Assembly (NCBI GenBank): GCA_049325075.1
Contig: JBMOPF010000085.1
Span: 12,065 to 76,064, forward strand
DNA length: 64,000 nucleotides
Reading direction: 5' to 3'
Source: Bacillota bacterium
GTDB taxonomy: Bacteria > Bacillota > Desulfotomaculia > Desulfotomaculales > Desulfocucumaceae
In this document: positions 34,687 to 44,354 of the stretch, piece after piece
Layout: each line of letters starts with the position of its first letter
Position numbering within the stretch: the first letter of the stretch is position 1
Translations under genes and position numbers: made by a program
The notes under the pieces: generated by a model
Database searches by the model: none
Told to the model about the DNA's origin: nothing
Seen by the model: the letters and a program-made list of their open reading frames with translations, nothing else

Positions 34687-34848
34687 GTGAAGAAAATTGA
34701 GGCCGGCGCTGCCTGCAGGTGCTGCCGGCATCCCGGGGCGAAAGGCCTGGATGAGAATATCAGGATGGGTGTTCCGCTCTGCCACCGCTGCTTCATCAAG
34801 CTTGTAAGCCGGGGCTATACACGACCTGCAAAAAATAATGGCAGGTAA
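34687..34848 (+). CDS. hypothetical 53-aa Cys-rich (zinc-ribbon-like) protein, below ORF-track threshold
   Basis: GTG start after GGGGGAGACGGGG. Peptide VKKIEAGAACRCCRHPGAKGLDENIRMGVPLCHRCFIKLVSRGYTRPAKNNGR has CxCC...CxxC. The operon terminator follows. Confidence 0.35.
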   Translation: MKKIEAGAACRCCRHPGAKGLDENIRMGVPLCHRCFIKLVSRGYTRPAKNNGR

Positions 34849-34899
34849 GCCGCCCTGTGGTGAATTTTATAAAATAATACCCTATGTACTCCGGATATG

Positions 34900-34922
34900 G
34901 CCGCCGTCAGGGCGGCTTTTTT
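34900..34922 (+). terminator. intrinsic terminator ending the beta-oxidation cluster
   Basis: GCCGCC-gtcag-GGCGGC followed by TTTTTT. Confidence 0.75.
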
Positions 34923-35065
34923 ATATTAAGCAGGGGATAAAAATGCCGCGTATTTATAATAAATTGCTGTTTCATACGATAATAGATCAAGGGAGATAAT
35001 ATTTTCTATCAAAATAAACACTTCCGGAGGCACAGATACGGAGGTGCCGGAAGGGGTGAAAACTT

Positions 35066-37114
35066 TTGATTACAAGAGAGGTTCGGAGGCTGGCCAGGTT
35101 TTACGGGGTGGAGACGGCCTATCGTGATAACGATGGCAGCTGGCGGCAGGCATCGGCACAATCACTGATGGCTGTGTTAAAAGCCCTGCGGGTCCCGGTG
35201 GAACGTGAGGGGGATGTTACAGGCGCTGTCAGGGAGCGCCTTGTTAATATATGGCAGAGGCCCCTTGAGCCGGTGCTGGTGGCATGGAACGGCAGGCCAT
35301 TTCCAGCGCATTTGCGTTTGCCGGGACAATTCATTGCCGGGCCTGCAGAATGCCGGCTGGAACTTGAAAATGGCAGGGCGCTCCGCTGGGCCGTTGAACT
35401 GGGCCGCCTGCCCCTGGTAAGATCCGCCGGAGTTGAAGGAATAAGATATGAAATAAGGCGCATTAATCTTCCCGGTCCCCTCCCCCCGGGTTACCATCGT
35501 CTGTTTGTGGAACTGCCGGGGGGCGAACATGAGATATTGATAATATCTTCTCCCTTTCATGCCGCCGGGCTGCCACGGGGATACGGGGGGAGGGTTTGGG
35601 GCGTTTTTTTGCCGCTATACGCATTGAACTCAGCCAATAGCTGGGGCGCCGGCAACCTTGGCGATCTGGATGCCCTGCTGCGCTGGGTGCATGGATTGGG
35701 CGGCAACATGGCGGGCACACTACCGCTGTTGGCCTCATTCCTGGATAAACCATATGATCCCAGCCCATATGCTCCAATAACCCGTCTTTTTTGGAACGAG
35801 TTTTATATTGATATTACAAGGGTGGAGGAGGCAAAGTACTGTGCAGAGGCACAAAAAATAATGGCCTCAGCGGCAACAATGGATGAGCTGTCCCGTTTGC
35901 GCGGGGCGTCAATGGTTGATTACCGAAAAGGAATGGCCTTAAGGCGCAGGGTACTGGAGGTTTGCGCCGGCTGCCTATTCAGTGAAAAATCAACCCGCCT
36001 GGACCGGTTTGAAAGGTGGGTGGCTGAAAATCCCGGAGTGGTGGATTATGCCCGTTTCAGGGCTGTGGCCGAGCGCAGGGGAACCGGCTGGCCGGAATGG
36101 CCGGACCGGCTTAAAAACGGCTTTCTAACCGCGGGGGACTGGGATCCGCGGGCAGAGCGCTATCATATATATGTTCAGTGGCTTTTTCAGGAACAAATAA
36201 GAGAGGTTGCCGCAGGCGCCAGGGAGAGGGGGCAGAGGCTGTATCTGGACTTTCCCCTGGGTGTACACGGCGGCGGCTATGATGTATGGCGGGAGAGGGA
36301 TTCTTTCGCCACGGGGGCCGGCAGCGGGGCGCCGCCGGACCCGCTGTGCAGGGAAGGGCAGGACTGGGGATTTCCCCCGCTGCACCCGGAGGAAATCCGG
36401 CGAAGGGGCTACCGCTATTACATTGAGTGCCTTCGCAATCACCTGAAATATGCCGGAATGCTGAGACTTGATCATGTGGCCGGCCTGCACCGCCTGTTCT
36501 GGGTGCCCAAAGGGCTGCCTGCCGGTGAGGGTGTGTATGTCCGCTACAGAAACGATGAGTTTTACGCCATTTTATGCCTGGAATCAAGCAGGAACAACTC
36601 ATTGATTGTTGGTGAGGATTTGGGGACAATTCCACGGAGGGTCAGGTCCGGGATGGCTTCACACAATATATTTGGAATGTATGTCCTTCCTTTTGAATAT
36701 GCCGGTGATAAAAAAGAGCTGAACCCTGTGCCGAAAACCTCCCTGTCCTGTCTTAACACCCATGATATGCCTACCTTCTTTTCTTATTGGCGGGATATGG
36801 TTAAAAACCACCGTGACAGTTCGGCAATTGCTGTGGATTTGTATAACAAAGGCTGCCTTGAGGTACCCACCAATAATGTCAGGGATGTTTTAAACGGATG
36901 TCTTGATTACCTGGCAGGCAGCCCCTCAGGCATTCTTCTTGTCAATTTGGAGGATTTATGGCTGGAGGAGTTGCCCCAGAATGTGCCCGGTTCGCCGGAC
37001 CGGGATCAAAACTGGTGCAGGAAGGCACGATATTCCCTGGAGGAGTTTGCCGGTATGCCGGAGGTGGTTGAAACACTAACAAGAATCAGGGATATAAGGC
37101 TGCTGCATGAATAG
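35066..37114 (+). CDS. malQ: 4-alpha-glucanotransferase (GH77 amylomaltase) with an N-terminal extension
   Basis: 682 aa. 'SPYAPITRLFWNEFYID', 'LRLDHVAGLHRLFWVP' and 'VGEDLGTIP'. TTG start after AAGGGGTGA. Confidence 0.85.
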   Translation: MITREVRRLARFYGVETAYRDNDGSWRQASAQSLMAVLKALRVPVEREGDVTGAVRERLVNIWQRPLEPVLVAWNGRPFPAHLRLPGQFIAGPAECRLELENGRALRWAVELGRLPLVRSAGVEGIRYEIRRINLPGPLPPGYHRLFVELPGGEHEILIISSPFHAAGLPRGYGGRVWGVFLPLYALNSANSWGAGNLGDLDALLRWVHGLGGNMAGTLPLLASFLDKPYDPSPYAPITRLFWNEFYIDITRVEEAKYCAEAQKIMASAATMDELSRLRGASMVDYRKGMALRRRVLEVCAGCLFSEKSTRLDRFERWVAENPGVVDYARFRAVAERRGTGWPEWPDRLKNGFLTAGDWDPRAERYHIYVQWLFQEQIREVAAGARERGQRLYLDFPLGVHGGGYDVWRERDSFATGAGSGAPPDPLCREGQDWGFPPLHPEEIRRRGYRYYIECLRNHLKYAGMLRLDHVAGLHRLFWVPKGLPAGEGVYVRYRNDEFYAILCLESSRNNSLIVGEDLGTIPRRVRSGMASHNIFGMYVLPFEYAGDKKELNPVPKTSLSCLNTHDMPTFFSYWRDMVKNHRDSSAIAVDLYNKGCLEVPTNNVRDVLNGCLDYLAGSPSGILLVNLEDLWLEELPQNVPGSPDRDQNWCRKARYSLEEFAGMPEVVETLTRIRDIRLLHE

Positions 37115-37138
37115 TGAATTTGTGAGGGGAGATATTTT

Positions 37139-38989
37139 GTGAAGGGTAAAACGGGATTGGGTGCCACATACCTGGGGAAAGGAAGATGCCTCTTTCTTGT
37201 CTGGGCTCCCAATGTACCTTTTGTATCTATAAAATTATTAACCGGCGGGGAGCGCTCTGTAGCAATGGAAAGCATCGGGGGCGGATATTTTTATGCCGGG
37301 GTGGACGGGGTGGAGCCGGGCAGCCTTTATTTTTACATGCTGGATGGAATAGGGGAAAGACCGGACCCCGCGTCAAGGTGTCAGCCGGAGGGTGTCCACG
37401 GGCCGTCAATGGTGGTTGACCCCGGAGCTTTTAAATGGACCGATCAGTGCTGGTACGGGGTCCGGCAAAAAGACCTTATCTTTTATGAGCTGCATGTGGG
37501 GGCATATACCGCCGGAGGAACCTTTGACGATGTTAAACAACACCTTGATGAACTGAAAAATCTGGGGATAACGGCTATTGAGCTGATGCCCTCAGCCCAG
37601 TTCCCGGGGAGCAGAAATTGGGGCTACGATGTTGCCTATCCCTTCGCAGTCCAATATTCCTATGGCGGCCCGGAGGGGCTGAGGCGGCTGGTTGACGCCT
37701 GTCACCGGAAGGGCCTGGCGGTATTCATGGATGTGGTTTACAACCATCTGGGGCCGGAAGGGAATTACCTCAGAGATTTCGGGCCTTATTTCACCGACAG
37801 GTACAAGACTCCCTGGGGGGATGCTATAAATTTTGACGGCCCGTACAGTGACTGTGTGAGGCGGTTTTTCATTGAAAACGCCCTGTACTGGCTGAATGAG
37901 TTTCATATGGACGGGCTCAGGCTTGATGCTGTGCACGCTATTACTGACAGGAGCGCGGTTCATTTTCTTGAGGAGTTGGCCGGGGCGGTTCATGAAAGAG
38001 GGGAGCAACTGGGACGCAGGGTTTGTGTTATTGCCGAGAGTGACCTCAACGACCCCCGGCTGATACGTCCGGTGGTGATGGGGGGATACGGCCTGGACGG
38101 GCAGTGGAACGAGGACTTCCACCATGCTGCCTTTTCTCTGCTGACCGGCGACAAAGACGGCTATTACATGGATTACGGGACACTGGAACATATGGCAAGG
38201 GCATATGGCGGCGGGTACGCATACACGGGACAGTATTCGCTGTACCGCGACAGAAGTTATGGGCGAAAACCGCTGCTGTGTGATGCCAAACAGTTTGTGG
38301 CGTATTTGCAAAACCACGACCAGGTGGGCAACCGCCCGTGCGGTGAAAGGCTGAGTGCGCTGGCGCCTTATGAATGCCTTAAACTGGCCGCCGGGCTGAT
38401 CATATTGTCACCGTACCTGCCGCTGCTTTTTATGGGGGAGGAGTACGGTGAGACCGCGCCTTTTCTCTATTTCACAGACCACTCCGACCCGGGGCTGGTA
38501 AAGGCCGTGCGCAGGGGGCGCAAAAAAGAATTTGAGGACTTCCGGCGAGAAGATTGTGACGATTACGATCCCCAGGCGGAGTCAACCTTTCAGCGCTCGA
38601 AAACCGACCACAACCTGATGCGGGGTGTTTCCGGGAATAGTCTGTGGAAATTTTATAAATTACTGATTGATCTCAGGAAAAAAGTCCCGGCGCTTTATGA
38701 CCTTGATGCCGACAAAATGACTGTTACTGCATTCCGGGAAAAGGTGCTTTTTATAAAACGGTGGAGTGAAGGCAGCCGGGTATGCGTTATCTATTCCTTC
38801 AGTGGCAGTGAGGAAGAAATCGGTCTTCCGGTGCCGATGGGAAGGTGGGCAAAGAGAATTGACTCGGCTGATAAATGCTGGCTGGGCAGAGGAAGTGTCA
38901 TACCGGAAACCATTGAATCCCGGGGAGAAGTCCGGTTAAGACTTATGCCGTGGGCTTGTATTCTGCTGGAACATACAGGGGAGGTGTGA
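37139..38989 (+). CDS. treZ: malto-oligosyltrehalose trehalohydrolase (GH13)
   Basis: 616 aa. 'LFLVWAPN', 'LGITAIELMP', 'GLRLDAVHAI', 'IAESDLND' and 'YLQNHDQVGNR'. Confidence 0.85.
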   Translation: MKGKTGLGATYLGKGRCLFLVWAPNVPFVSIKLLTGGERSVAMESIGGGYFYAGVDGVEPGSLYFYMLDGIGERPDPASRCQPEGVHGPSMVVDPGAFKWTDQCWYGVRQKDLIFYELHVGAYTAGGTFDDVKQHLDELKNLGITAIELMPSAQFPGSRNWGYDVAYPFAVQYSYGGPEGLRRLVDACHRKGLAVFMDVVYNHLGPEGNYLRDFGPYFTDRYKTPWGDAINFDGPYSDCVRRFFIENALYWLNEFHMDGLRLDAVHAITDRSAVHFLEELAGAVHERGEQLGRRVCVIAESDLNDPRLIRPVVMGGYGLDGQWNEDFHHAAFSLLTGDKDGYYMDYGTLEHMARAYGGGYAYTGQYSLYRDRSYGRKPLLCDAKQFVAYLQNHDQVGNRPCGERLSALAPYECLKLAAGLIILSPYLPLLFMGEEYGETAPFLYFTDHSDPGLVKAVRRGRKKEFEDFRREDCDDYDPQAESTFQRSKTDHNLMRGVSGNSLWKFYKLLIDLRKKVPALYDLDADKMTVTAFREKVLFIKRWSEGSRVCVIYSFSGSEEEIGLPVPMGRWAKRIDSADKCWLGRGSVIPETIESRGEVRLRLMPWACILLEHTGEV

Positions 38990-38994
38990 ACCGG

Positions 38995-41427
38995 ATGGAC
39001 CGTTACGTATGTATTCACGGGCACTTTTACCAGCCCCCGAGGGAGAATCCCTGGCTGGAGGATGTGGAGATAGAGGACTCGGCATACCCTTACCACGACT
39101 GGAATCAGAGAATTACAGCCGAGTGTTATGAGCCCAATACAGCATCACGCATACTTGACAGGGATGGCTGGATAGAAAAGATTGTAAATAATTATTCCAG
39201 AATAAGCTTTGACTTTGGGCCAACACTTTTATCCTGGATGGAAAAGAAAGCCCCCGATGTGTACAGGTCAATACTGGAGGCCGATAAAGAAAGCATTAAA
39301 CTTTTTTCAGGGCATGGGTCCGCCATGGCCCAGGCCTATAACCATATGATAATGCCCCTGGCCAACAGCCGGGACAAAAAAACACAGGTAATATGGGGAA
39401 TAAAGGACTTTCAGCACCGCTTCGGGCGCAAACCGGAGGGGATGTGGCTGCCCGAGACCGCTGTCGACAATGAGACACTGGAGATTTTGGCGCAGCAGGG
39501 GATAAGGTTTACCGTCCTTGCCTATTACCAGGCGCACAGGGTAAGAAAGACGGGATCAGCTTCCTGGCGGGAGGTGGAAGACGGATGTATCGACATTCTG
39601 ATGCCGTACAAAATTTACCTGCCGGAGTCAGGGAGTGATTTAAACGTCTTCTTTTATAACGGTGAAGTCTCCCGGGCGGTTGCCTTTGAAAGGCTTCTTT
39701 CCAACGGGGAGCGTTTTGCCTCGCGACTGACCGGGGCATTCGGGCCGGAAAAGTCCGGGCCGGCGCTGGTCAATATAGCCACCGATGGGGAGACATACGG
39801 TCATCATCACCGCCATGGCGACATGGCGCTGGCCTATGCCCTGCATTATATTGAATTGAACAGACTGGCCAGGGTTACCAATTACTCACAGTTTCTTGAA
39901 CTGCTCCCCCCCTCCAGCGAGGTGGAGATAAAGGAAAGGACCGCCTGGAGCTGCGCACATGGTGTGGGACGGTGGATAAGCGACTGTGGTTGCAATACCG
40001 GACTGCATCCGGGCTGGTCGCAGTCCTGGAGGGCGCATATACGGGCCGCCCTGGACTGGCTGAGGGATAACATCTCCCCCTTGTACCGGGAACTGGCCGG
40101 CAAATATTTCAGGGATCCATGGGAGGCAAGGGACAAATATATAGAGGTGATACTGGACAGGTCTGTGGAAAATGTGGATAGGTGGCTGGCGAAAAACACC
40201 ATTTCGCCGCCCGGCCCTGAAGACAGTGTGACTATCTTGAAACTCATGGAAATGCAGCGTCATGCCATGTTGATGTATACAAGCTGCGGATGGTTTTTTG
40301 ACGACATTTCAGGCATTGAGACCATTCAAATACTGAAATACGCCGGGAGGGTCGTTCAGCTGGCAGGGGATTTGTTTGATAAAAATCTGGAGCAGCCGTT
40401 CCTGGCCATGCTGGAAAAAGCAAAAAGCAATGACATTCTGTATAAAGACGCGGCCAATATATACAGGAAACATGTCATGCCGGCCATGGTTGACCTTACA
40501 AAGGTGGGTGCCCATTATGCCATCTGCTTACTTTATGAAACATATGATGATCACTCAGGAACGTACTGTTATGATGTCAAACGGGAAGACAGCCGCAGCA
40601 GGCTTGCCGGGGCTGCAAAAATACTGGTGGGGAGGGCAAAAGTAATTTCACAGATTACCAGGGAATCGGCAACCATCAATTTTGGGGTGGTTAACATGGG
40701 TAACCACATAGTGAATTGCGGTGTAAAGGAATATACCGGCGAGGAAGATTATAAAAGGGTTTCTGAAGACCTGATCGGTGCCTTTGACCGGGGGGACTAT
40801 CCCGGGGTGGTAAGGGCGCTGGACAGGTATTTCGGCGGGGCCAATTATTCCATAAAGGGGCTGTTCAGGGATAAGCAGAGGCTGATTATCAAAACCATTC
40901 TTGAAAGGACACTGGCCCAGGCAACGGGTGAATACCAGAGAATTTACGACCGGAGCGTGGTTTTGATGAGGTTTCTCAGGGATATGGACATCCCACAGCC
41001 CAGGGCATTGAGTACGGCGGCGGAGTATGTAATCAACACCAGGCTCCGGAAAGCCCTGTCATCACCTGAAATAAATATTGAACATATTAAGGAACTTCTT
41101 GGCGAGGCTTCTATGTCGGGGGTATCGCTGGACGGGGCCGGACTGAGGTACGTACTGGAAAGGACCATTGGGAACATTGGGAAAATGCTTTATGAAAACC
41201 CTTCTGATATAGGGCTTGCGGCAAAACTGAACGAGGTTATGCTGCTGGTGAGGGAACTCCCCTTTGAGGTGGACCTGTGGAAAATACAGAATATATATTA
41301 TCAATTGCTGCAGACTGTATATGGGGAGTACCTTTCCAAGGCCAGGGCGGGCAACAGGCTATACAGTGAATGGATCGGAATAATCGACTCCCTTGGCAAC
41401 AGGCTTAAAATACGGAGAGGAAAATAA
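38995..41427 (+). CDS. glycoside hydrolase family 57 protein with a long C-terminal (DUF3536-like) region
   Basis: 'CIHGHFYQPPRENPW' GH57 N-terminal signature, 'WLPETAVD' and 'TDGETYGHH'. ATG 6 nt after the treZ stop. Its stop overlaps the treY ATG (TAATG). Confidence 0.8.
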   Translation: MDRYVCIHGHFYQPPRENPWLEDVEIEDSAYPYHDWNQRITAECYEPNTASRILDRDGWIEKIVNNYSRISFDFGPTLLSWMEKKAPDVYRSILEADKESIKLFSGHGSAMAQAYNHMIMPLANSRDKKTQVIWGIKDFQHRFGRKPEGMWLPETAVDNETLEILAQQGIRFTVLAYYQAHRVRKTGSASWREVEDGCIDILMPYKIYLPESGSDLNVFFYNGEVSRAVAFERLLSNGERFASRLTGAFGPEKSGPALVNIATDGETYGHHHRHGDMALAYALHYIELNRLARVTNYSQFLELLPPSSEVEIKERTAWSCAHGVGRWISDCGCNTGLHPGWSQSWRAHIRAALDWLRDNISPLYRELAGKYFRDPWEARDKYIEVILDRSVENVDRWLAKNTISPPGPEDSVTILKLMEMQRHAMLMYTSCGWFFDDISGIETIQILKYAGRVVQLAGDLFDKNLEQPFLAMLEKAKSNDILYKDAANIYRKHVMPAMVDLTKVGAHYAICLLYETYDDHSGTYCYDVKREDSRSRLAGAAKILVGRAKVISQITRESATINFGVVNMGNHIVNCGVKEYTGEEDYKRVSEDLIGAFDRGDYPGVVRALDRYFGGANYSIKGLFRDKQRLIIKTILERTLAQATGEYQRIYDRSVVLMRFLRDMDIPQPRALSTAAEYVINTRLRKALSSPEINIEHIKELLGEASMSGVSLDGAGLRYVLERTIGNIGKMLYENPSDIGLAAKLNEVMLLVRELPFEVDLWKIQNIYYQLLQTVYGEYLSKARAGNRLYSEWIGIIDSLGNRLKIRRGK

Positions 41428-44303
41428 TGATATCCAATAAACCGCCTTCCGCTTTTTACCGGCTGCAGTTCAACAGAGACTTTGGGTTTGCCGCAGCCGC
41501 CGATGTAATTAAGTATTTGTATGACCTCGGCATTTCCGATATTTATTCATCACCCCTACTTTCCGCCAGGAAGGGAAGCCTTCACGGGTACGACGTCACC
41601 TGTCCGCTGAGTCTCAATGAAGAACTGGGAGGGGCGGAGGGTTTTGAGATGTTGGCAGGTAAGCTGGAACAATCGGACATGGGACTTCTCATGGATATAG
41701 TGCCCAACCACATGGCTGCAAGTTGCGAGAACCCCTGGTGGAGGTCGGTGCTTGAATGCGGCAGGCATTCGGAATACGCCGCTTTTTTTGACATCCGGTG
41801 GTGTCCTGGAAGGCCGGGGCTTAACAACAGGGTGCTGGTCCCCAAACTGGGGGACACATACGGAAAGGTGTTGGAAAACTGCGGGATAGCGCTTGAGTAT
41901 GACGAAGAAGGCCTATGGGTCAGGTATTCCGATATAAGGCTTCCAGTCAGCCCATCCGCCGCGGCCCGGCTTTTTTACCAATGGGCCGGTGAAATTGCCG
42001 CTATGCCGGGAGAGCGCCCGGGCATAAGTCGGTTACAGGGACTGTATGGAAAAACGGGGGATAAATCCCCGGATGAGGCGGCGGAAAGGGACCGGTGCCG
42101 TAATATGGCGGCATTACTCTGGGAGTTGTACCGTTCAGATACTTGTGTCAGTGAATATATCAACGGTAAGATAAAGGAAATAAACGGGATAAAGGGGGTG
42201 CCGGAAAGCTTTAACCGCCTGAACAGCCTCCTGGGCAGGCAGTGGTACAGGCTGGCCTGGTGGAAGACTGCCAACGGGGAAATAAACTACAGAAGATTTT
42301 TTGATGTAACAGATCTGGTGTCGCTGCGGATGGAAGTGAGGGAGGTATTTGACAGGACCCATGGGCTGATTCTGAAACTGGCCGGTGAGGGAAGGGTGAC
42401 CGGCCTGAGGATAGACCACATCGACGGGCTTTTTAATCCCGGGGAATACCTGACCAGACTGCAGGAAAGTCTTTCCACGGGGGGAAGGTTATTTTATGTG
42501 GTGGTGGAAAAAATACTTTGCGGTGACGAGGAATTGCCCGATAGCTGGCCGGTATACGGCAGTACAGGCTATGATTTTATAAATATATTAAACTCTGTAT
42601 TTATAGACAGCCGGGGACTGGCCGAAATTGACAGGTTTTACACCGGTCTTTGCGGTGGGGATAAGTTTGCCGATATAGTTTACCGGGCAAAGAAACTGGT
42701 AATAAAGGATTTGTTCGGGGCAGACCTTGACAGTCTTACAGGCCGACTGGCCGCCCTGGCGGACATGGACAGATACGGGCGTGACCTGACCACCTCAGAA
42801 TTGAAAGAAGTTATTGTTGAGGTAACGGCCTGTCTTGGTGTCTACAGAACATACACAGGGGATTTTACGCTGGCCGGAAAGGACCGTGAAAGGATTGAAC
42901 AGGCGGTAAGGCGTTCGGAAGAAATCAATCCATCCCTGGCTTTAGCCTGCCGGTTTATCAAAAGAGTTTTGACACTGGATTTTCCGGTGGATCTTACTGA
43001 CGAGGGCAGGCGGGAGTGGCTTGATTTTGTAATGCGCTGGCAGCAGTTTACCGGCCCGGTTATGGCCAAGGGCTTTGAAGACACCTGCTTATACAGGTAC
43101 AACCGGCTTATTTCCTTGAACGAGGTGGGCGGAAGCCCTGACTGGCAGGGAAAGACAGTCGAGGATTTTCACCTGTTCAACCGGGTGAGGCAGAGGCGCC
43201 GGCCTCTTTCCATCAGCGCCACATCCACGCATGACACCAAAAGAAGTGAGGATGTCCGGGCGAGGATTAATGTATTAACTGAGATAAGCTCTTTGTGGCT
43301 GGAAAGGGTAGAGCGGTGGATTAATTGGAACCGGGACTTAAAGTTGCAAGTAAGGGGGGCATATGTGCCCGGCCCGGGGACTGAGCTTTTTATTTATCAG
43401 ACACTGGTCGGAGTATGGCCCCTTTCGGAAAAGGAAAAGGGCACATTGGGTGAAAGGATAAGGGAGTATCTGATTAAGGCGTGCCGGGAGGCGAAAGAGG
43501 AGACCAACTGGGTTAACCCCGACGGGCTGTACGAGGAGGCCGTCAAAAAGTTTGTGACCCGGATCATTGACCCCGCAGCCGGTAATGTGTTTTTATGGGA
43601 CTTGATAAAATTTCAGAGGATAACGTCCTTTTTCGGGATGCTGAACTCCCTGGCCCAGGTGCTGCTGAAAATTGCGTCGCCCGGGGTGCCGGATTTTTAT
43701 CAGGGTACCGAGGTGTGGAGTCTTACCCTGGTGGACCCTGACAACCGGAGGCCTGTTGACTTTGGCGCAAGGAAGGAACTATTAAGTCAAATCAGGGAGG
43801 AGGAGGCCGGGAGGGAAACCGGCCCGGTTGAAAAATACATGGACTCTTGGCAGGATGGAAGGATAAAACTTTTTTTGATATATAAGGCCCTTAATTTTCG
43901 GAGGAATCACAGGGAATTGTTTTCTTCCGGCGAGTACATCCCCTTAAATGGTGACGGGCCAATGAGCGGGCATATCTGCGCCTTTGCCAGGAGGTTGGGA
44001 GACCACTGGGCCCTTGTGGCTGTACCCCGTTTACTGGCGGGCTTTTTAGTTGAGGACGGCCGCATGGAGGGGGTTGAAGAGTCCCTGGCCGCCGGTGAGT
44101 TCCCGCTGCCTGAAGATTTATGGGGTGAAACGACACTCGTTATGCCGGAAGACTCACCTCATCGGTGGAAAAGCGTGCTGACAGGGGAGGACGTGTCGGC
44201 TGTGGCACTGGATGAAGACGGTGCGGCAGAGGCGAGGACAATCTGCCTTTCCAAGGTATTCGGAAAAATACCCTTTGCCTTGCTTACAGGGAATGCCCAC
44301 TAG
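41427..44303 (+). CDS. treY: malto-oligosyltrehalose synthase
   Basis: 958 aa. 'FYRLQFNRDFGFAAAADVIKYLYDLGISDIYSSPLL', 'GLRIDHIDGL' and 'TSTHDTKRSEDVRARI'. Confidence 0.9.
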   Translation: MISNKPPSAFYRLQFNRDFGFAAAADVIKYLYDLGISDIYSSPLLSARKGSLHGYDVTCPLSLNEELGGAEGFEMLAGKLEQSDMGLLMDIVPNHMAASCENPWWRSVLECGRHSEYAAFFDIRWCPGRPGLNNRVLVPKLGDTYGKVLENCGIALEYDEEGLWVRYSDIRLPVSPSAAARLFYQWAGEIAAMPGERPGISRLQGLYGKTGDKSPDEAAERDRCRNMAALLWELYRSDTCVSEYINGKIKEINGIKGVPESFNRLNSLLGRQWYRLAWWKTANGEINYRRFFDVTDLVSLRMEVREVFDRTHGLILKLAGEGRVTGLRIDHIDGLFNPGEYLTRLQESLSTGGRLFYVVVEKILCGDEELPDSWPVYGSTGYDFINILNSVFIDSRGLAEIDRFYTGLCGGDKFADIVYRAKKLVIKDLFGADLDSLTGRLAALADMDRYGRDLTTSELKEVIVEVTACLGVYRTYTGDFTLAGKDRERIEQAVRRSEEINPSLALACRFIKRVLTLDFPVDLTDEGRREWLDFVMRWQQFTGPVMAKGFEDTCLYRYNRLISLNEVGGSPDWQGKTVEDFHLFNRVRQRRRPLSISATSTHDTKRSEDVRARINVLTEISSLWLERVERWINWNRDLKLQVRGAYVPGPGTELFIYQTLVGVWPLSEKEKGTLGERIREYLIKACREAKEETNWVNPDGLYEEAVKKFVTRIIDPAAGNVFLWDLIKFQRITSFFGMLNSLAQVLLKIASPGVPDFYQGTEVWSLTLVDPDNRRPVDFGARKELLSQIREEEAGRETGPVEKYMDSWQDGRIKLFLIYKALNFRRNHRELFSSGEYIPLNGDGPMSGHICAFARRLGDHWALVAVPRLLAGFLVEDGRMEGVEESLAAGEFPLPEDLWGETTLVMPEDSPHRWKSVLTGEDVSAVALDEDGAAEARTICLSKVFGKIPFALLTGNAH

Positions 44304-44354
44304 GTTAATGACGATACAGAGCGAAATACTATTACGAAGGGGGAGACTGCATCA

